From: Eledone cirrhosa
Lineage: Eukaryota
Assembly (NCBI GenBank): GCA_964016885.1
Contig: OZ024741.1
Span: 338,024,001 to 338,088,000, forward strand
DNA: 64,000 nt
Reading direction: 5' to 3'
The notes below the pieces were generated by a model. It searched no databases. It was not told the DNA's origin and was given only the letters and a program-made list of their open reading frames with translations. The position numbers were made by a program, and so were the translations under genes. This document shows positions 14,096 to 32,157 of this stretch, in pieces; the first letter of the stretch is position 1; each line of letters opens with the position of its first letter.

Positions 14096-16414
14096 ATGGA
14101 AAGGCACCAATTGGATATGTCGTTAAAAAACATACCTATTCAGGCAAAAAGGGAATATATTCTAGGTATGATACGAAGGACCAATGATTTTATTCGACGA
14201 ATCAGATGGAAAACATTCCATTTTGACAAAAGCCGTATAAACCAAACATCGGATCTTAACAAGGATAAATTTGGATTTAAATCTTACAAGAACCCACCCT
14301 CAAACCCACTTTTGGATGCATTTGAACAAGACCTAATGGATATGATCATGGAGATCAAATTTACAAAACGTAAGAACAATAAACTACAGAATGACATCAC
14401 GGCACTGCTCAATAATCTAAAAAACGCCAATGGAGTTATTGTTAGAGCAGACAAAACATCAAACGTATATACCATGGATGTGGACACTTACAATAACTTC
14501 ATCCGTAAGGAATTGCATAAAAAATACAGGAAAACTAATGAAGCCACACTTAAAAACATCAACAACTCGGCATGTGATATTGTTAAAAAACTTTGTATTG
14601 ACGATAGAACGCAACCCTTAACACCAGCTATACCATCCTTCAACCTGAAGGACCACAAGGTAAACTTCGATACTAACCCTAATATTAGACTTATATGCCC
14701 CTCTAAATCTGATATAGGTAAAATTAGCAAATATATACTAGACAGAATTATCCCCCAAGTTAAGGTTAAAGTAGAGATTAAACTATGGGGTAACACTCAT
14801 GAAGCAATAAGATGGTTTAACAACATTACTGATAAGAAAAAATCAAAATTTATTCAGTTTGATATTGATGAATATTATTCCTCAATTTCACCTGATACTC
14901 TACATGAAGCTCTTTCGTTCGCTAAGGATAATTCCGACCTTACGGATGCTGAAATTAAAATTATTATGGAAGCGAGAAAAACTATAGTTAAATTCGATGA
15001 TAGCTACTGGGTTCGCAAAGATAGACCTTCTAATTTTGATATCACTATGGGTTCTAACGATTCGGCGGAGGTAACAGATCTTGTGGGAATTTATATCACC
15101 CACAGATTACAAGGAAAATTCAAGGATCTCCACGGTGGAATTTACCGTGACGATGCGCTCCTATTAGTTAAGAATATGAATAACCAGAATTTAGAAAGGA
15201 TGCGTAAAAATATCAGAAAACTTTTTAAAGAACTAGGATTAAATATTACATTTGAATATAACCTCAAAGAGGTCAATTTCCTTGATGTTACTTTCAATCT
15301 CAATACAGATACGATTAAACCGTTCCATAAACTAAATGAGAACCTTAAATATGTAAATACGAGTTCTAACCATCCACTCTCTATAATTAAATCCATCCCT
15401 AGAAATGTTTCTCTTAGAATCTCCCGCCTATCGTCCAACCAACAAACCTTCAAAGAACATGCCGAGTATTATGATGATGCACTTAGGAAAGCCGGTCACC
15501 TAGATAATATAGAGTATATAGTCAATGATCACCAAAACACCCAAAATAAATCACATAGGAGTAGAAATAGCACAGAATCACCACCATACATACACTACCG
15601 CAATAGACACAATAATAGTCGCACACCACCAAACAGAAGGCGATGTAAGGAGTATATCTGGTACAACCCGGTCTATAACAAATCTATTAAAACCAATCTA
15701 CCCTCAAAATTCTTTCGATTAGTTAGAAAACACTTTCCAACATCACATAAATATAATAAAATCTTAAACCCTAACACCATCCGACTTTCATATTCAACCG
15801 CCCCTAATATTGAACAACATATAAAAATGCTTAACGCAAAACGGTTGTATAAACGCCTTCCAACACATAACAATACACGTAAAACATTAGCTATAACATC
15901 ACAAAACAACAAACAACATCCTGTCCTACATAAGCAACCTCATCAACCCATCCATGGCAATACAACAACGCAAAATTGTAATTGCAACTGTGTCCAACCA
16001 GGAATGTGTCCGTTGAACAATCAGTGTCTTGAACGCAACATCGTATACAAATGTACTATCAAATCGGATAAACAGAAGTGGTACTATGTGGGATCTACAG
16101 CCACCTCCTTTAAATCACGCCTTTATAGACATCGTTATTCGATAAAACATGAAAACCAGCGTTATGTAACAACACTCGCAGACAAGGCTTGGCAGCTGCG
16201 TGAAAATAACCAACAATTTCACCTAAAATGGGATATAATAGCGACTGCCCCCCCATATTCCAATGGACAGGAATTTTGTAGATTATGTAATGTAGAATTA
16301 TTTTGTATTATGAAATCCAAAAACATTTTATTAAATAACAGAATAGAGCGATCGTTATACTGTAACCATCGCTTAAAATCTACATTTTCATATTATAAAT
16401 ACTACCAGGATTGA
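14096..16414 (+). CDS. PLE RT + GIY-YIG, 772 aa, intact (copy 2)
   Basis: Near-identical to copy 1, differing at KSD/KSY, NIS/NIN, ESDR/KSDK and one upstream ATG. Confidence 0.96.
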   Translation: MERHQLDMSLKNIPIQAKREYILGMIRRTNDFIRRIRWKTFHFDKSRINQTSDLNKDKFGFKSYKNPPSNPLLDAFEQDLMDMIMEIKFTKRKNNKLQNDITALLNNLKNANGVIVRADKTSNVYTMDVDTYNNFIRKELHKKYRKTNEATLKNINNSACDIVKKLCIDDRTQPLTPAIPSFNLKDHKVNFDTNPNIRLICPSKSDIGKISKYILDRIIPQVKVKVEIKLWGNTHEAIRWFNNITDKKKSKFIQFDIDEYYSSISPDTLHEALSFAKDNSDLTDAEIKIIMEARKTIVKFDDSYWVRKDRPSNFDITMGSNDSAEVTDLVGIYITHRLQGKFKDLHGGIYRDDALLLVKNMNNQNLERMRKNIRKLFKELGLNITFEYNLKEVNFLDVTFNLNTDTIKPFHKLNENLKYVNTSSNHPLSIIKSIPRNVSLRISRLSSNQQTFKEHAEYYDDALRKAGHLDNIEYIVNDHQNTQNKSHRSRNSTESPPYIHYRNRHNNSRTPPNRRRCKEYIWYNPVYNKSIKTNLPSKFFRLVRKHFPTSHKYNKILNPNTIRLSYSTAPNIEQHIKMLNAKRLYKRLPTHNNTRKTLAITSQNNKQHPVLHKQPHQPIHGNTTTQNCNCNCVQPGMCPLNNQCLERNIVYKCTIKSDKQKWYYVGSTATSFKSRLYRHRYSIKHENQRYVTTLADKAWQLRENNQQFHLKWDIIATAPPYSNGQEFCRLCNVELFCIMKSKNILLNNRIERSLYCNHRLKSTFSYYKYYQD

Positions 16415-16880
16415 ACGCCTGTCTCTATCCCCGTTTGATTGTCAAAATAGATATGAACATTCTTTATTAGTCTTAATTCTATCAACTCTTCTATTATTTA
16501 CCTTTTAATACAAACTGCTATAGATAAAATGAGATTTCTGATTTTTTGATTCAATTCCCTAGTGCAAATACCAGCTGACTACTAGCATTGATGTTATTTA
16601 GTAGCAATCGAAATCTCCCCCTTCCCCAATTGACACTTTATGATTAATACTACTGCACCAAATGACCAGCCCTGTCCACTGTCCAGTTGGTCAAGTAGAG
16701 ATTAAAATCGGCACCCCCAAAATTCTTATTTAGATTTACTCATGGTATTCTCATTAAAAACCCATTATATACTTGTTTAGCAGTAAATTATTTTACCATC
16801 TGTCATATTCTATCCCCTCTGTTCCTTCCTCTTTTACTAATATAAATACTTCAATTTTTCTGATTTTATCCAGTTTATCC

Positions 16881-17004
16881 AAAATCTCTGAAGAAGTGAC
16901 AACTGATTATACATTTGCTATCGAATACTTGCTAACATTATATGATTACGCAAGCAGCGATACATAGGTATTCGGTCTGTTACAGAAACATATGTCAATA
17001 CCTA
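16881..17004 (+). ncRNA. Hammerhead-like motif, family B
   Basis: Copy at +6230. Confidence 0.6.
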
Positions 17005-17156
17005 ATAAATTCCTTTTTTAACAAAAGCACTTTCATTTTATATTCATCCTTTCTACATTTCTCCGGAATATAATTTATACTCGTTGAGCAAACCTGCACG
17101 TACGCTGTTCATCTCTAACGTAACGATATATTATCACTACATTATTGATAACCTGA

Positions 17157-18150
<994 letters not shown>

Positions 18151-18241
18151 CGAGGGAAAAGTGGTAAGGAACCAGGTGGACCATAACGCACCAAAGTACT
18201 CAATACTTAGGGTAGTAGAGTGGGTAATAGGAGTAAGTAAG

Positions 18242-18336
18242 ACCCCAACGGCTGAGCTCAAGCCGTTTCGACGGCTAATTCTGTACTGAATGAAAAATCA
18301 GTTCTGGTATTTAAATAGCCGAACTTGTCAAGGAGC
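18242..18336 (-). ncRNA. Hammerhead ribozyme, family C (U3-A8 core), inverted copy
   Basis: Reverse complement of 20500-20594, with a GTT triplet. Confidence 0.75.
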
Positions 18337-19608
18337 AATTCCATATATGGTCAAAGAGATAATCACCAGGATTGGTCATCCCACAAGGTAGTAGTAATTC
18401 TGCGATGGCAAGTTGGTGGGGGAGGTAGCCCGAATATGTGGATATGTGGCCCGAAAGTGTAGTGGCGTGACGCCGGGCCGGGTTTCGGAAGGTATGTCTG
18501 TGTTGGTATAGCCGGGTCTTGAATTCGCATGCGGTCAATCCTATATAAGCTTTGTTGGAGGTGTCCGTGCTCACGTTGCACTGGTAGATCACATTACGGT
18601 CTCTGCATCTGTTGTCGAGGGGGAAACTTGATCTATCAGGACAGTTGCACCTCCTGGTCGGCTCTCCACTGCTATTTGGGTTGTTTCTTCCATTGGGGTT
18701 GAGTTTTTTGTTGTTGGAGGAGACGATGTTTTGTGCGAAGTTAGGTGTAGTGCTCCAACAAAGCTTATATAGGATTGACCGCATGCGACTTCAAGACCCG
18801 GCTATACCAACACAGACATACCTTCCGAAACCCGGCCCGGCGTCACGCCACTACACTTTCGGGCCACATATGGGACCTCAAGGACAACAACATCAACTAT
18901 GATCTCACTTGGAAATTACTGTCCAGAGCCAACTCCTACACGGGAGGACGCCGTCCGTGCAATTTATGCTCGGAGGAAACATTACAAATGCTGTTTTCGA
19001 CGGACCAACTCCTTAACAAGAAAGATGAACTGGTTACTGCATGTAAACACCGATTACGTAGGAGTTACCTCGCCCTCAAACCCCATAATGACCCGGGGGG
19101 GGGGTGGTAGCCTATAACACCCCACTTGCCTATTTTGTAATGGGTAACCCTGCTTGCCTATGGAGACGTAAGATCTTCCTTTACACTTTTTTTTATCAAT
19201 CCAGTATCTCTTTCATCTTTTTCCCTTTTCTCCCTTTTTACTGTATTAATTTTCCGTTCTTTATTTTTAATTCGTACGGCTTTTCACGTAGCTTGTATAA
19301 GACATTTTGTTTCGTGGCGGTACCCTTAGAGTTAGCACCAGTATTTTTTTGCGGGACCCTGAATTACATTCTTGGACTAGTCTACTTTCTTGCACTGGGT
19401 GGTTGCTGGCCCGGTGTTTGGGGTAGAAACCGTTATTTATTTATTTTTTTCGTGGTGGTCTCTGTAGTATTCCGACCCTCCCCAACTCTGTTGACCCGTC
19501 ACCGTACGATATACGCACTTATACCCCGCATAAGGGTCCCTTTATCTCCGTCACACCAAGGTTTTTTTTCTATCATTATCATTTGTTTTCTTATTCTTTT
19601 TATTCTAC

Positions 19609-19706
<98 letters not shown>

Positions 19707-19759
19707 TTTTAAAATCTATCTATCCATCCTTTTACTCACTTATTTGTTTATTTATTCAC

Positions 19760-19960
19760 TTATGTATTTCTTGTGGAATATTATTTACGTATTTCTTATT
19801 TACTTATGTGGAATATTACTTATGTATTTCTTATTTACTTATGTGGAATATTATTCATGTATTTCTTATTTACTTATGTGGAATATTCTTTATGTATTTC
19901 TTATTTACTTATGTGGAATATTATTTTTGTATTTCTTATTTACTTATGTGGAATATTATT
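19760..19960. repeat. 35-bp minisatellite, ~5-6 copies (tatgtatttcttatttacttatgtggaatattatt)
   Basis: Units start at 19786, 19821, 19856, 19891 and 19926; the motif resumes after the SINE at ~20136. Confidence 0.92.
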
Positions 19961-20140
19961 GGCAGTATCGGTAGAGGGTCAGACACCATGCTTTCCAGCA
20001 TAGTTACGTCCCTTTACGATCTGAGTTCAAATCCCGCCGAGGTTGACTTTGCCTTTCATCCTTACGAGGTCGATAAAATAAAGTACCAGTAATGCACTGG
20101 TATAATTGATGGCCTTGTGCCAAAAGTAGAAACAATTATT
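19960..20140 (+). mobile_element. tRNA-derived SINE (octopus OK/OR-like)
   Basis: A box TGGCAGTATCGG, B box GAGTTCAAATCC, central motif GACTTTGCCTTTCATCCTT..GTCGATAAAATAAAGTACCAG; second partial copy at 48286. Confidence 0.85.
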
Positions 20141-20499
20141 TATGTATTTCTTATTTACTTATTTATGTTTTTCCTCAGCCTAGCAATAGCGAGAGAATTA
20201 AGTCTTAGTAACCAGATCCCGCTTATATTTCTTTTCTCTCTCAGTACCTTTTACAGTTTTACATTTTCATCGTTCTACTTACCGTATTGACCTCCTCCCC
20301 CTCCCCTGCCTCCTCTTTGACCTAACACCCAGCTGTAGCTGGCACCACCAACGCATGAATGGGTCTACTCCTCCCCCTCTCCCCTTTTCTCCTACTGGCA
20401 GGTTTGGCTACCTCCCCCACCAACTTGCCATCGCAGAATTACTACTACCTTGTGGGATGACCAATCCTGGTGATTATCTCTTTGACCATATATGGAATT

Positions 20500-20594
20500 G
20501 CCCCTTGACAAGTTCGGCTATTTAAATACCAGAACTGATTTTTCATTCAGTACAGAATTAGCCGTCGAAACGGCTTGAGCTCAGCCGTCGGGGT
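20500..20594 (+). ncRNA. Hammerhead ribozyme, family C (U3-A8 core)
   Basis: gcccc-TTGACAA-gttcggcta...tagccgtc-GAAA-cggcttgagctcagcc-GTC-ggggt. Confidence 0.8.
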
Positions 20595-20606
20595 CTTACT
20601 TACTCC

Positions 20607-21605
<999 letters not shown>

Positions 21606-21649
21606 TAAGAGAGTAAAACAAAGAATCCTTTAATACATCAAAAGTTTTT

Positions 21650-21694
21650 ATTAGCCGACAATGTTTCGTCCTATTAAGGACTCATCAGGGCAAT
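21650..21694 (-). ncRNA. Minimal hammerhead ribozyme, family D
   Basis: Reverse complement of 26796-26840. Confidence 0.9.
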
Positions 21695-22030
21695 CAAAAC
21701 AACAAGAGGTAATATCGGCAGATACAAGCCAGAAACTCTGAAGAATATGGAGTGTACATACACTAATGTCTTACAAAGATATACGATAATAAAAATGAAA
21801 ATTAAGATAAAAATAATAAAAATATATAATAACTAAGGATGTAGATAACATTAAGAACCATATTACAAATATAGTCCAAAGCCACCAACCTAAATCTAAA
21901 CAAATTTGGTTATATAGAGCAGGAATTATACATAACACAATATAATACATTATAATAATAATATATTAATACCAACATTAAAATTCCAAATTAAAAATCA
22001 AAAGGTACAATATATACATGTATATATGTG

Positions 22031-22086
<56 letters not shown>

Positions 22087-23604
22087 ACAATACACATATC
22101 TATGTTCTATTACACAGAAATTAAGCCCTATTAGAAGTTTGAATATTAAAAATAAGCATGGTAATAGTGAAAATAATACTAATACATCTACCCAATATAC
22201 ATGAGGCAATAATATGATATAATTACAAGAAACACATATAACAAATAATAAACAACAAAATTATATAATTCAATACAATATAATAAAGTAGAATAGATAA
22301 TCCCCGGTTAATTTACAGAAACAATATAGATGTCACAATCAAACACAATGATAAAATGTTAACATTATATTAACAAGTACCATAAACAATATATACAAAT
22401 TGATTCATACTGGGTTACATAATAAATGAGGAAATATAAATCATATAATACTCAAAAAAACTATAATGGTACGGGGAAAAATTGTGATGTTACAGAAAAA
22501 ATATGATGTTACAGAAAAAAATATACAGACATCTAACATGATATGTAAAGTCTAAATATCATAATGCTACATATTACAATATTAAAAAAATCCAGACATC
22601 TTACATGATATATAAAGTTTAAATATCATAATGTTATATATAATGAACGGTAAGTAATAAGGATCTATATCATAACGTAATATATTTTAAAATTGGCATA
22701 AAATATATAAATACTTATAATTACAAGGTTAGTAGACAGACATGTGTGGATGAGTGAGCGAAGCCAGACAGTGAATAGTAAATAGAATATAGAATAAAAC
22801 AAATAAATACAATCAACCGGAAATTACAAAACAAAAGCAAATGTATACACATTTAGGCCTCGCGTGCATTAAGAAATTAGGTAAACACCAAGGAAAGCGA
22901 TCATTTTAAATGACTCTAAACCCTATCTGATAAATTAATATTAAAAATATCGAACCCGTCCAATAAGGTAGTATAATATTAGCTGTAGTTTAAGTCATTA
23001 AAGTATATAAACTTTAATGTATCATTACAAATGTTTACAAAAAGGAATAAAATTACACTATCATATACGCAACGATATCTAAAAAACTGACTTAAGTAGA
23101 GTTAAGGTAGGCTAATGGGGACAGAATTGACAAAATATATGGAGGGTGCGAAGTGGCATAAAATATATTCGATATACTATAATAAATAATAGAACGGAGC
23201 ATAAAAGAGGGGCGGGTTAAATATAATCATATTCAATCTGGAGGGGTTGACAATAAGTTTATGTGTGCATGGGGGGGAGGGGGAAAGGGGGGGGTTGTCG
23301 ATAGATAAATCAGAATAGACTTAGAAATAAAAATAGAATTAAAAATAAAAATAAAAATAATATTAAAATTAAAATTAAAGTTAATAATAATAAAAAAATA
23401 TAAAGATAATAATAGAATAACGTAAGTGGCGTAAAGTGTGTAATCTTATGTATACTAACAAGGTGTAATAGTGAAGACATAGATATGGTACAGTGGCCAA
23501 ATGATTATGAGAGCTAGAATGAAGAGTCATCAAAAACCAATGATAACATTAATGTTGGCAAACAAAATAACCCAAACAAAAAACTAGGTAATGGAATATA
23601 TCTG

Positions 23605-25815
23605 CTAATGGGTACAATTTGTACTACTAGAACATTTGGGTTTATAATAAAAATAAGAATTAGAAATGGCATGGGGGCAAGAAGAGAATATCTCAGACTT
23701 TCTATTCAGTAAGGGTACGCTAGAGAAAATAATAGAGTGTGTCTCAAGTATACAGAGATTACAAAACTTACTATGTGCAGAAAGGTGGTTAGATCGTGCT
23801 ACTAAACTCCAGTTAAGGCTATATGGTATATAAGCTCCCTTAAGATCCCAGATATAATGCGCTAGAGAGGTAGAATTCTTAAACCTAACATGTTTGAAGT
23901 TAGAGATATGAGAGTTAAACCTAGTCTTAAAAGTGTTTGAAGTAGATCCTATATACGTTCTTTTAGAGGAATTAGTTATAACCTCGCAAGCATAGACAAT
24001 GTTCTTAGAAAGGCAGTTACCGTTTAGAGGGCAGTTAGCACTCACTCTACAATTGCACTTCCGGGTGTTATTGGTTGGCTCGAGTGGTGATGTATTGCAC
24101 GTAGGACCTCTATTAGATAAGGACTGTTCTGGTGGTAAAGCATTGTCCGATGCATTCAGACTAGTAGTATGTAGAGAGGAGAATCCATCCCTAATTTTCC
24201 TATTATTAGTGCTAGCTAAATGAGAACTAATATTAGGGGTGGTAGAGAATGAGAGTTTAATAACATTTTTATTAAAAATACCATGGTATTTGTGAGAAGG
24301 GGGGAAATTTTTCTCCAAGATAGTGAAGAAAGACCTAGAGATATTAGTTGATACATCCTGATTATATGGCGGGTTGAAATAAGTATTCAATCGCCTTCTA
24401 TTTTTATTTTTATTCTTATCGACCCTACCTCTATCAAATGTCCCACCGTCGAGACTAGGGTTACTATCGGGAATAGTTGAAGCCACATTCATAGAATCAG
24501 CCATAATTTCGTTATGCCTATTATAGTTTCTACCTCTAGTAGATCCGCTGTTGTTCAGAATCCCTACAAGAGGATTAAGGCCAATGATAGGATCAGTAGG
24601 AGCAACATTACTAGAATAAGATCCAGCCAAACCAACACCAATGCGTGAGCGCACAGGGGGCTCGACTTGTCTCTTAGAGGTATTATATTTGTTATTACGA
24701 GTCCGGTGGGATAACTTATGGGTGGGTTCAGATACTCCTATATAAGTTCTACGGTTACTATGTTTGCTACTCCCATTCATGGCCATGTTATGTGATATAA
24801 TGTTATTATTATTAAGAGTAAGCGGAGACTTTCTAAAGTTACTATTATTATAATTTATTTTACTAGAGTGACCTGAATTTGCTAGGGCATTATTGTAGTA
24901 CTCCGCATGTTCATTAAAAGTTCCTATGTCCTTAGATAGTGTGGAAATCCTATTAGAAACGCCCTTAATTATAGAGTTTATCATAGACTTAGGGTGGTTA
25001 GAATTGGGGCTAACATAAGAAAGAATTTCATTAGGCTTATGGAAGGGTTTAAAACTATTAGTGGCCAAGTCCAAAGTCACATCTAAAAAGTTAACCGCTC
25101 TATCATTTCTATCTATCGTGATTGAAAGGTTGTAGCTTTTAAAAAACTTATAAAGCTTCTTCTTATTACGTTCCACATTGTTGGTACTAGAGTTAATTAC
25201 AAACAATGTATCATCACGATATAGTCCGCCTACAAGGTGCGGGAAGGTAGCGTATAGTTCATTAAGGAGGAACAACCCAACAAGATCAGTAACCTGGGCC
25301 GAATCACTCGAACCCATTGTAACGTCGAAATTATTGGGCGTGTTTTTATGGGTCCAAAAAGTGTCCTCAAATTTAATAATAGTTTTACGGGCTGCTAGTA
25401 TAATATCTACCTGCGATCGTGTAAGGCTGGACACTCTCATGGCCAACATTAAGGCTTTATTGAGGAGGATGGGTGAAATTGATGTGTAGTAGGCATCAAT
25501 ATCGAATTGGATAAACTTATTAGATTCAAGTCTATTAATCCCAGAGAACCAATCTATAACTTCCCTAGTGTTCCCCCATAAGTTAAAATTAACCTTATCC
25601 CTAACATCTGGTATAATAAGGTCAAGGATTTTTTTACTGATAATGGCTATATCCGACTTAGAAGGACAGATAAGTCTAACTGAGGGGTTACTAATAAAAT
25701 CAACCTTATGGTCCTTAAGTGTGAATCTCGGTTCTCGAGGGTAATATGGCTGGGTATACTTATCGAGTCCGAGGTCAGAGACTATTCTAAGGCCCTCACT
25801 ATTGATGTGGTTCAA
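23605..25815 (-). CDS. PLE RT + GIY-YIG, N-terminally truncated (ADKT motif out of frame at ~25900)
   Basis: FIQFDIDAYY; FDVTMGSSDSAQV; GLYRDD; CNCRVSANCPLNGNC; IVY..YIG; CNLC. Confidence 0.92.
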   Translation of the reverse strand: MNHINSEGLRIVSDLGLDKYTQPYYPREPRFTLKDHKVDFISNPSVRLICPSKSDIAIISKKILDLIIPDVRDKVNFNLWGNTREVIDWFSGINRLESNKFIQFDIDAYYTSISPILLNKALMLAMRVSSLTRSQVDIILAARKTIIKFEDTFWTHKNTPNNFDVTMGSSDSAQVTDLVGLFLLNELYATFPHLVGGLYRDDTLFVINSSTNNVERNKKKLYKFFKSYNLSITIDRNDRAVNFLDVTLDLATNSFKPFHKPNEILSYVSPNSNHPKSMINSIIKGVSNRISTLSKDIGTFNEHAEYYNNALANSGHSSKINYNNSNFRKSPLTLNNNNIISHNMAMNGSSKHSNRRTYIGVSEPTHKLSHRTRNNKYNTSKRQVEPPVRSRIGVGLAGSYSSNVAPTDPIIGLNPLVGILNNSGSTRGRNYNRHNEIMADSMNVASTIPDSNPSLDGGTFDRGRVDKNKNKNRRRLNTYFNPPYNQDVSTNISRSFFTILEKNFPPSHKYHGIFNKNVIKLSFSTTPNISSHLASTNNRKIRDGFSSLHTTSLNASDNALPPEQSLSNRGPTCNTSPLEPTNNTRKCNCRVSANCPLNGNCLSKNIVYACEVITNSSKRTYIGSTSNTFKTRFNSHISNFKHVRFKNSTSLAHYIWDLKGAYIPYSLNWSLVARSNHLSAHSKFCNLCILETHSIIFSSVPLLNRKSEIFSSCPHAISNSYFYYKPKCSSSTNCTH

Positions 25816-26795
25816 ATTCTCAAGTGTAGTTTTTTTATAGTTTCTATATAACTCTTTATAAATAAAATCGCGGTATACTCCATGGAGTATAGATTCTTAG
25901 TCTTATCTGCCGGGACCAGAATGGACTTTTTAATATTGTAATATGTAACATTATGATATTTAGACTTTACATATCATGTTAGATGTCTGTATATTTTTTT
26001 CTGTAACATCATATTTTTTCTGTAACATCACAATTTTTCCCTGTACCATTATAGTTTTTTTGAGTATTATATGATTTATATTTCCTCATTTATTATGTAA
26101 CCCAGTATGAATCAATTTGTATATATTGTTTATGGTACTTGTTAACATAATGTTAACATTTTATCATTGTATTTCATTGTGACATCTATATTGTTTCTGT
26201 AAATTAACCGGGGATTATCTATTCTACTTTATTATATTGTATTGAATTATATAATTTTGTTGTTTATTATTTGTTATATGTGTTTCTTGTAATTATATCA
26301 TATTATTGCCTCATGTATATTGGGTAGATGTATTAGTATTATTTTCACTATTACCATGCTTATTTTTAATATTCAAACTTCTAATAGGGCTTAATTTCTG
26401 TGTAATAGAACATAGATATGTGTATTGTTATATGTCTGTGTGTGTGTGTGTGTGTGTGCGCACATATATACATGTATATATTGTACCTTTTGATTTTTAA
26501 TTTGGAATTTTAATGTTGGTATAAATATATTATTATTATAATGTATTATATTGTGTTATATATAATTCCTGCTCTATATAACCAAATTTGTTTAGATTTA
26601 GGTTGGTGGCTTTGGACTATATTTTTAATATGGTTCTTAATGTTATCTACATCCTTAGTTATTATATATTTTTATTATTTTTATCTTTATTTTCATTTTT
26701 ATTATCGTATATCTTTGTAAGAGATTAGTGTATGTACACTCCATATTCTTCAGAGTTTCTGGCTTGTATCTGCCGATATTACCTCTTGTGTTTTG

Positions 26796-26840
26796 ATTGC
26801 CCTGATGAGTCCTTAATAGGACGAAACATTGTCGGCTAAT
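26796..26840 (+). ncRNA. Minimal hammerhead ribozyme, family D
   Basis: gcc-CTGATGA-gtcct-taat-aggac-GAAA-catt-GTC-ggc. Confidence 0.92.
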
Positions 26841-26985
26841 AAAAACTTTTGATGTATTAAAGGATTCTTTGTTTTACTCTCTTAATTTTTTGGCTCTGTT
26901 TAACTGCATTGAGCTATACCTTTTACTGTCATTTCTATAATACGAAGAGGGTGTTTGACTCAAACACGCTCAGTATTCTAATCCT

Positions 26986-27207
26986 TATATATATATATAC
27001 ATATATATATATACATATATATATATACATATATATATATACATATATATATACATATATATATATATACATATACATATATATACATATACATATACAT
27101 ATATATACATATATATATATATACATATATATACATATACATATATATATACATATATATACATATATACATATATATGATATATATATATATATACATA
27201 TATATAC

Positions 27208-27238
<31 letters not shown>

Positions 27239-27261
27239 CATATATATATACATATATATAC

Positions 27262-27292
<31 letters not shown>

Positions 27293-27640
27293 CATATATA
27301 TACATATACATATGTATATACATATATATACATATATATATATACATATATATATATATACATATATATATACATATATATACATATATATATATATACA
27401 TATATATACATATATATATACATATATATACATATATATATATACATATATATATATATACATATATATATACATATATATACATATATATATATATACA
27501 TATATAAACATATATATACATATATATATATACATATATATATACATATATATATACATATATATATACATATATATATACATATATATATATAAATACA
27601 TATATATATACATATATATATATAATACATATACATATAC

Positions 27641-27685
<45 letters not shown>

Positions 27686-27690
27686 TATAC

Positions 27691-27737
<47 letters not shown>

Positions 27738-27750
27738 CATATATATATAG

Positions 27751-27781
<31 letters not shown>

Positions 27782-27800
27782 CATATATACATATATATAC

Positions 27801-27867
<67 letters not shown>

Positions 27868-28017
27868 ACATATATATATACATATATATATATACATATA
27901 TATACATATATGTATATACATATATATACATATATATATATATACATATATATATATACATATATATACATATATATATATACATATATATACATATATA
28001 TATATACATATATATAC

Positions 28018-28050
<33 letters not shown>

Positions 28051-28061
28051 CATATATATAC

Positions 28062-28094
<33 letters not shown>

Positions 28095-28107
28095 CACATA
28101 TATATAC

Positions 28108-28197
<90 letters not shown>

Positions 28198-28208
28198 GTA
28201 TATACATA

Positions 28209-28290
<82 letters not shown>
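26986..28290. repeat. Degenerate (TA)n/(TACA) array
   Basis: Direct reading. Confidence 0.98.
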
Positions 28291-28291
<1 letters not shown>

Positions 28292-28312
28292 GATATTTAT
28301 TTTTTGATACCC

Positions 28313-28363
28313 AGATTCCTGATGATTTCTAATGAATGAAACAGTTCTAGTCCTGTAGAATCT
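28313..28363 (+). ncRNA. Hammerhead ribozyme, family G, in a ~155-bp TA-flanked insert (28291-28447)
   Basis: agattc-CTGATGA-tttctaatgaat-GAA-acag-ttctagtc-ctGT-A-gaatct; 6-bp stem I, 4-bp stem III. Confidence 0.85.
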
Positions 28364-28446
28364 CATCTATTTTAAAACTGTTATACTCTGCTATGTATCG
28401 AGTACCTTACTTACTGTGGTTACCTCCGATTCAACCCGGAATAACG

Positions 28447-29040
<594 letters not shown>

Positions 29041-29160
29041 GGAAGTGAGTTTTATTGTAGTACAATAAGGCAATGCAGATATCGGATAAGAAGCACTCTA
29101 CAGTTGTAGGACTGGAGTATGTATAATATGAGATCAAAAGATGGTTAAAGGAGTTCCATG

Positions 29161-29231
29161 TATTTTATTATGCACATTTCAAAAACAAACATCATCATGC
29201 AATTATATTTGTGTTTTCATCAGATAAAACA
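29161..29231 (-). ncRNA. Hammerhead ribozyme, family H
   Basis: Reverse complement of 29350-29420. Confidence 0.85.
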
Positions 29232-29349
29232 GGAGAACATGATATGGAGGCTAAAAAACACTTGTGGATAGTGCAGTTGATTTAAAACTGCAGTTGATTT
29301 AAAACTGCACTATCCACAAGTGTTTTTTAGCCTCCATATCATGTTCTCC

Positions 29350-29420
29350 TGTTTTATCTGATGAAAACACAAATATTATTGCATGATGATGTTTGTTTTT
29401 GAAATGTGCATAATAAAATA
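29350..29420 (+). ncRNA. Hammerhead ribozyme, family H
   Basis: tgttttat-CTGATGA-aaacacaaatat...atgtttgttttt-GAAA-tgtgc-ATA-ataaaata. Confidence 0.85.
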
Positions 29421-29449
29421 CATGGAACTCCTTTAACCATCTTTTGATC

Positions 29450-31690
<2,241 letters not shown>

Positions 31691-31709
31691 TACATATATA
31701 TATATATGC

Positions 31710-31744
<35 letters not shown>

Positions 31745-31763
31745 CATATATATATGTATATAC

Positions 31764-31920
<157 letters not shown>

Positions 31921-32086
31921 CATATATATATACATATATATATATATACATATATATATACATATATATATTTACATTATATATTTATATATATACATAT
32001 ATATATACATATATATATATATACATATATATATACATATATATATACTTATATATATATATACATATATATATTTATATATATAC

Positions 32087-32157
<71 letters not shown>

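Noticed and set aside
19760-19960. 35-bp repeats as a CRISPR array
   Set aside because: The units are contiguous with no unique spacers, there are no cas genes, and the context is eukaryotic
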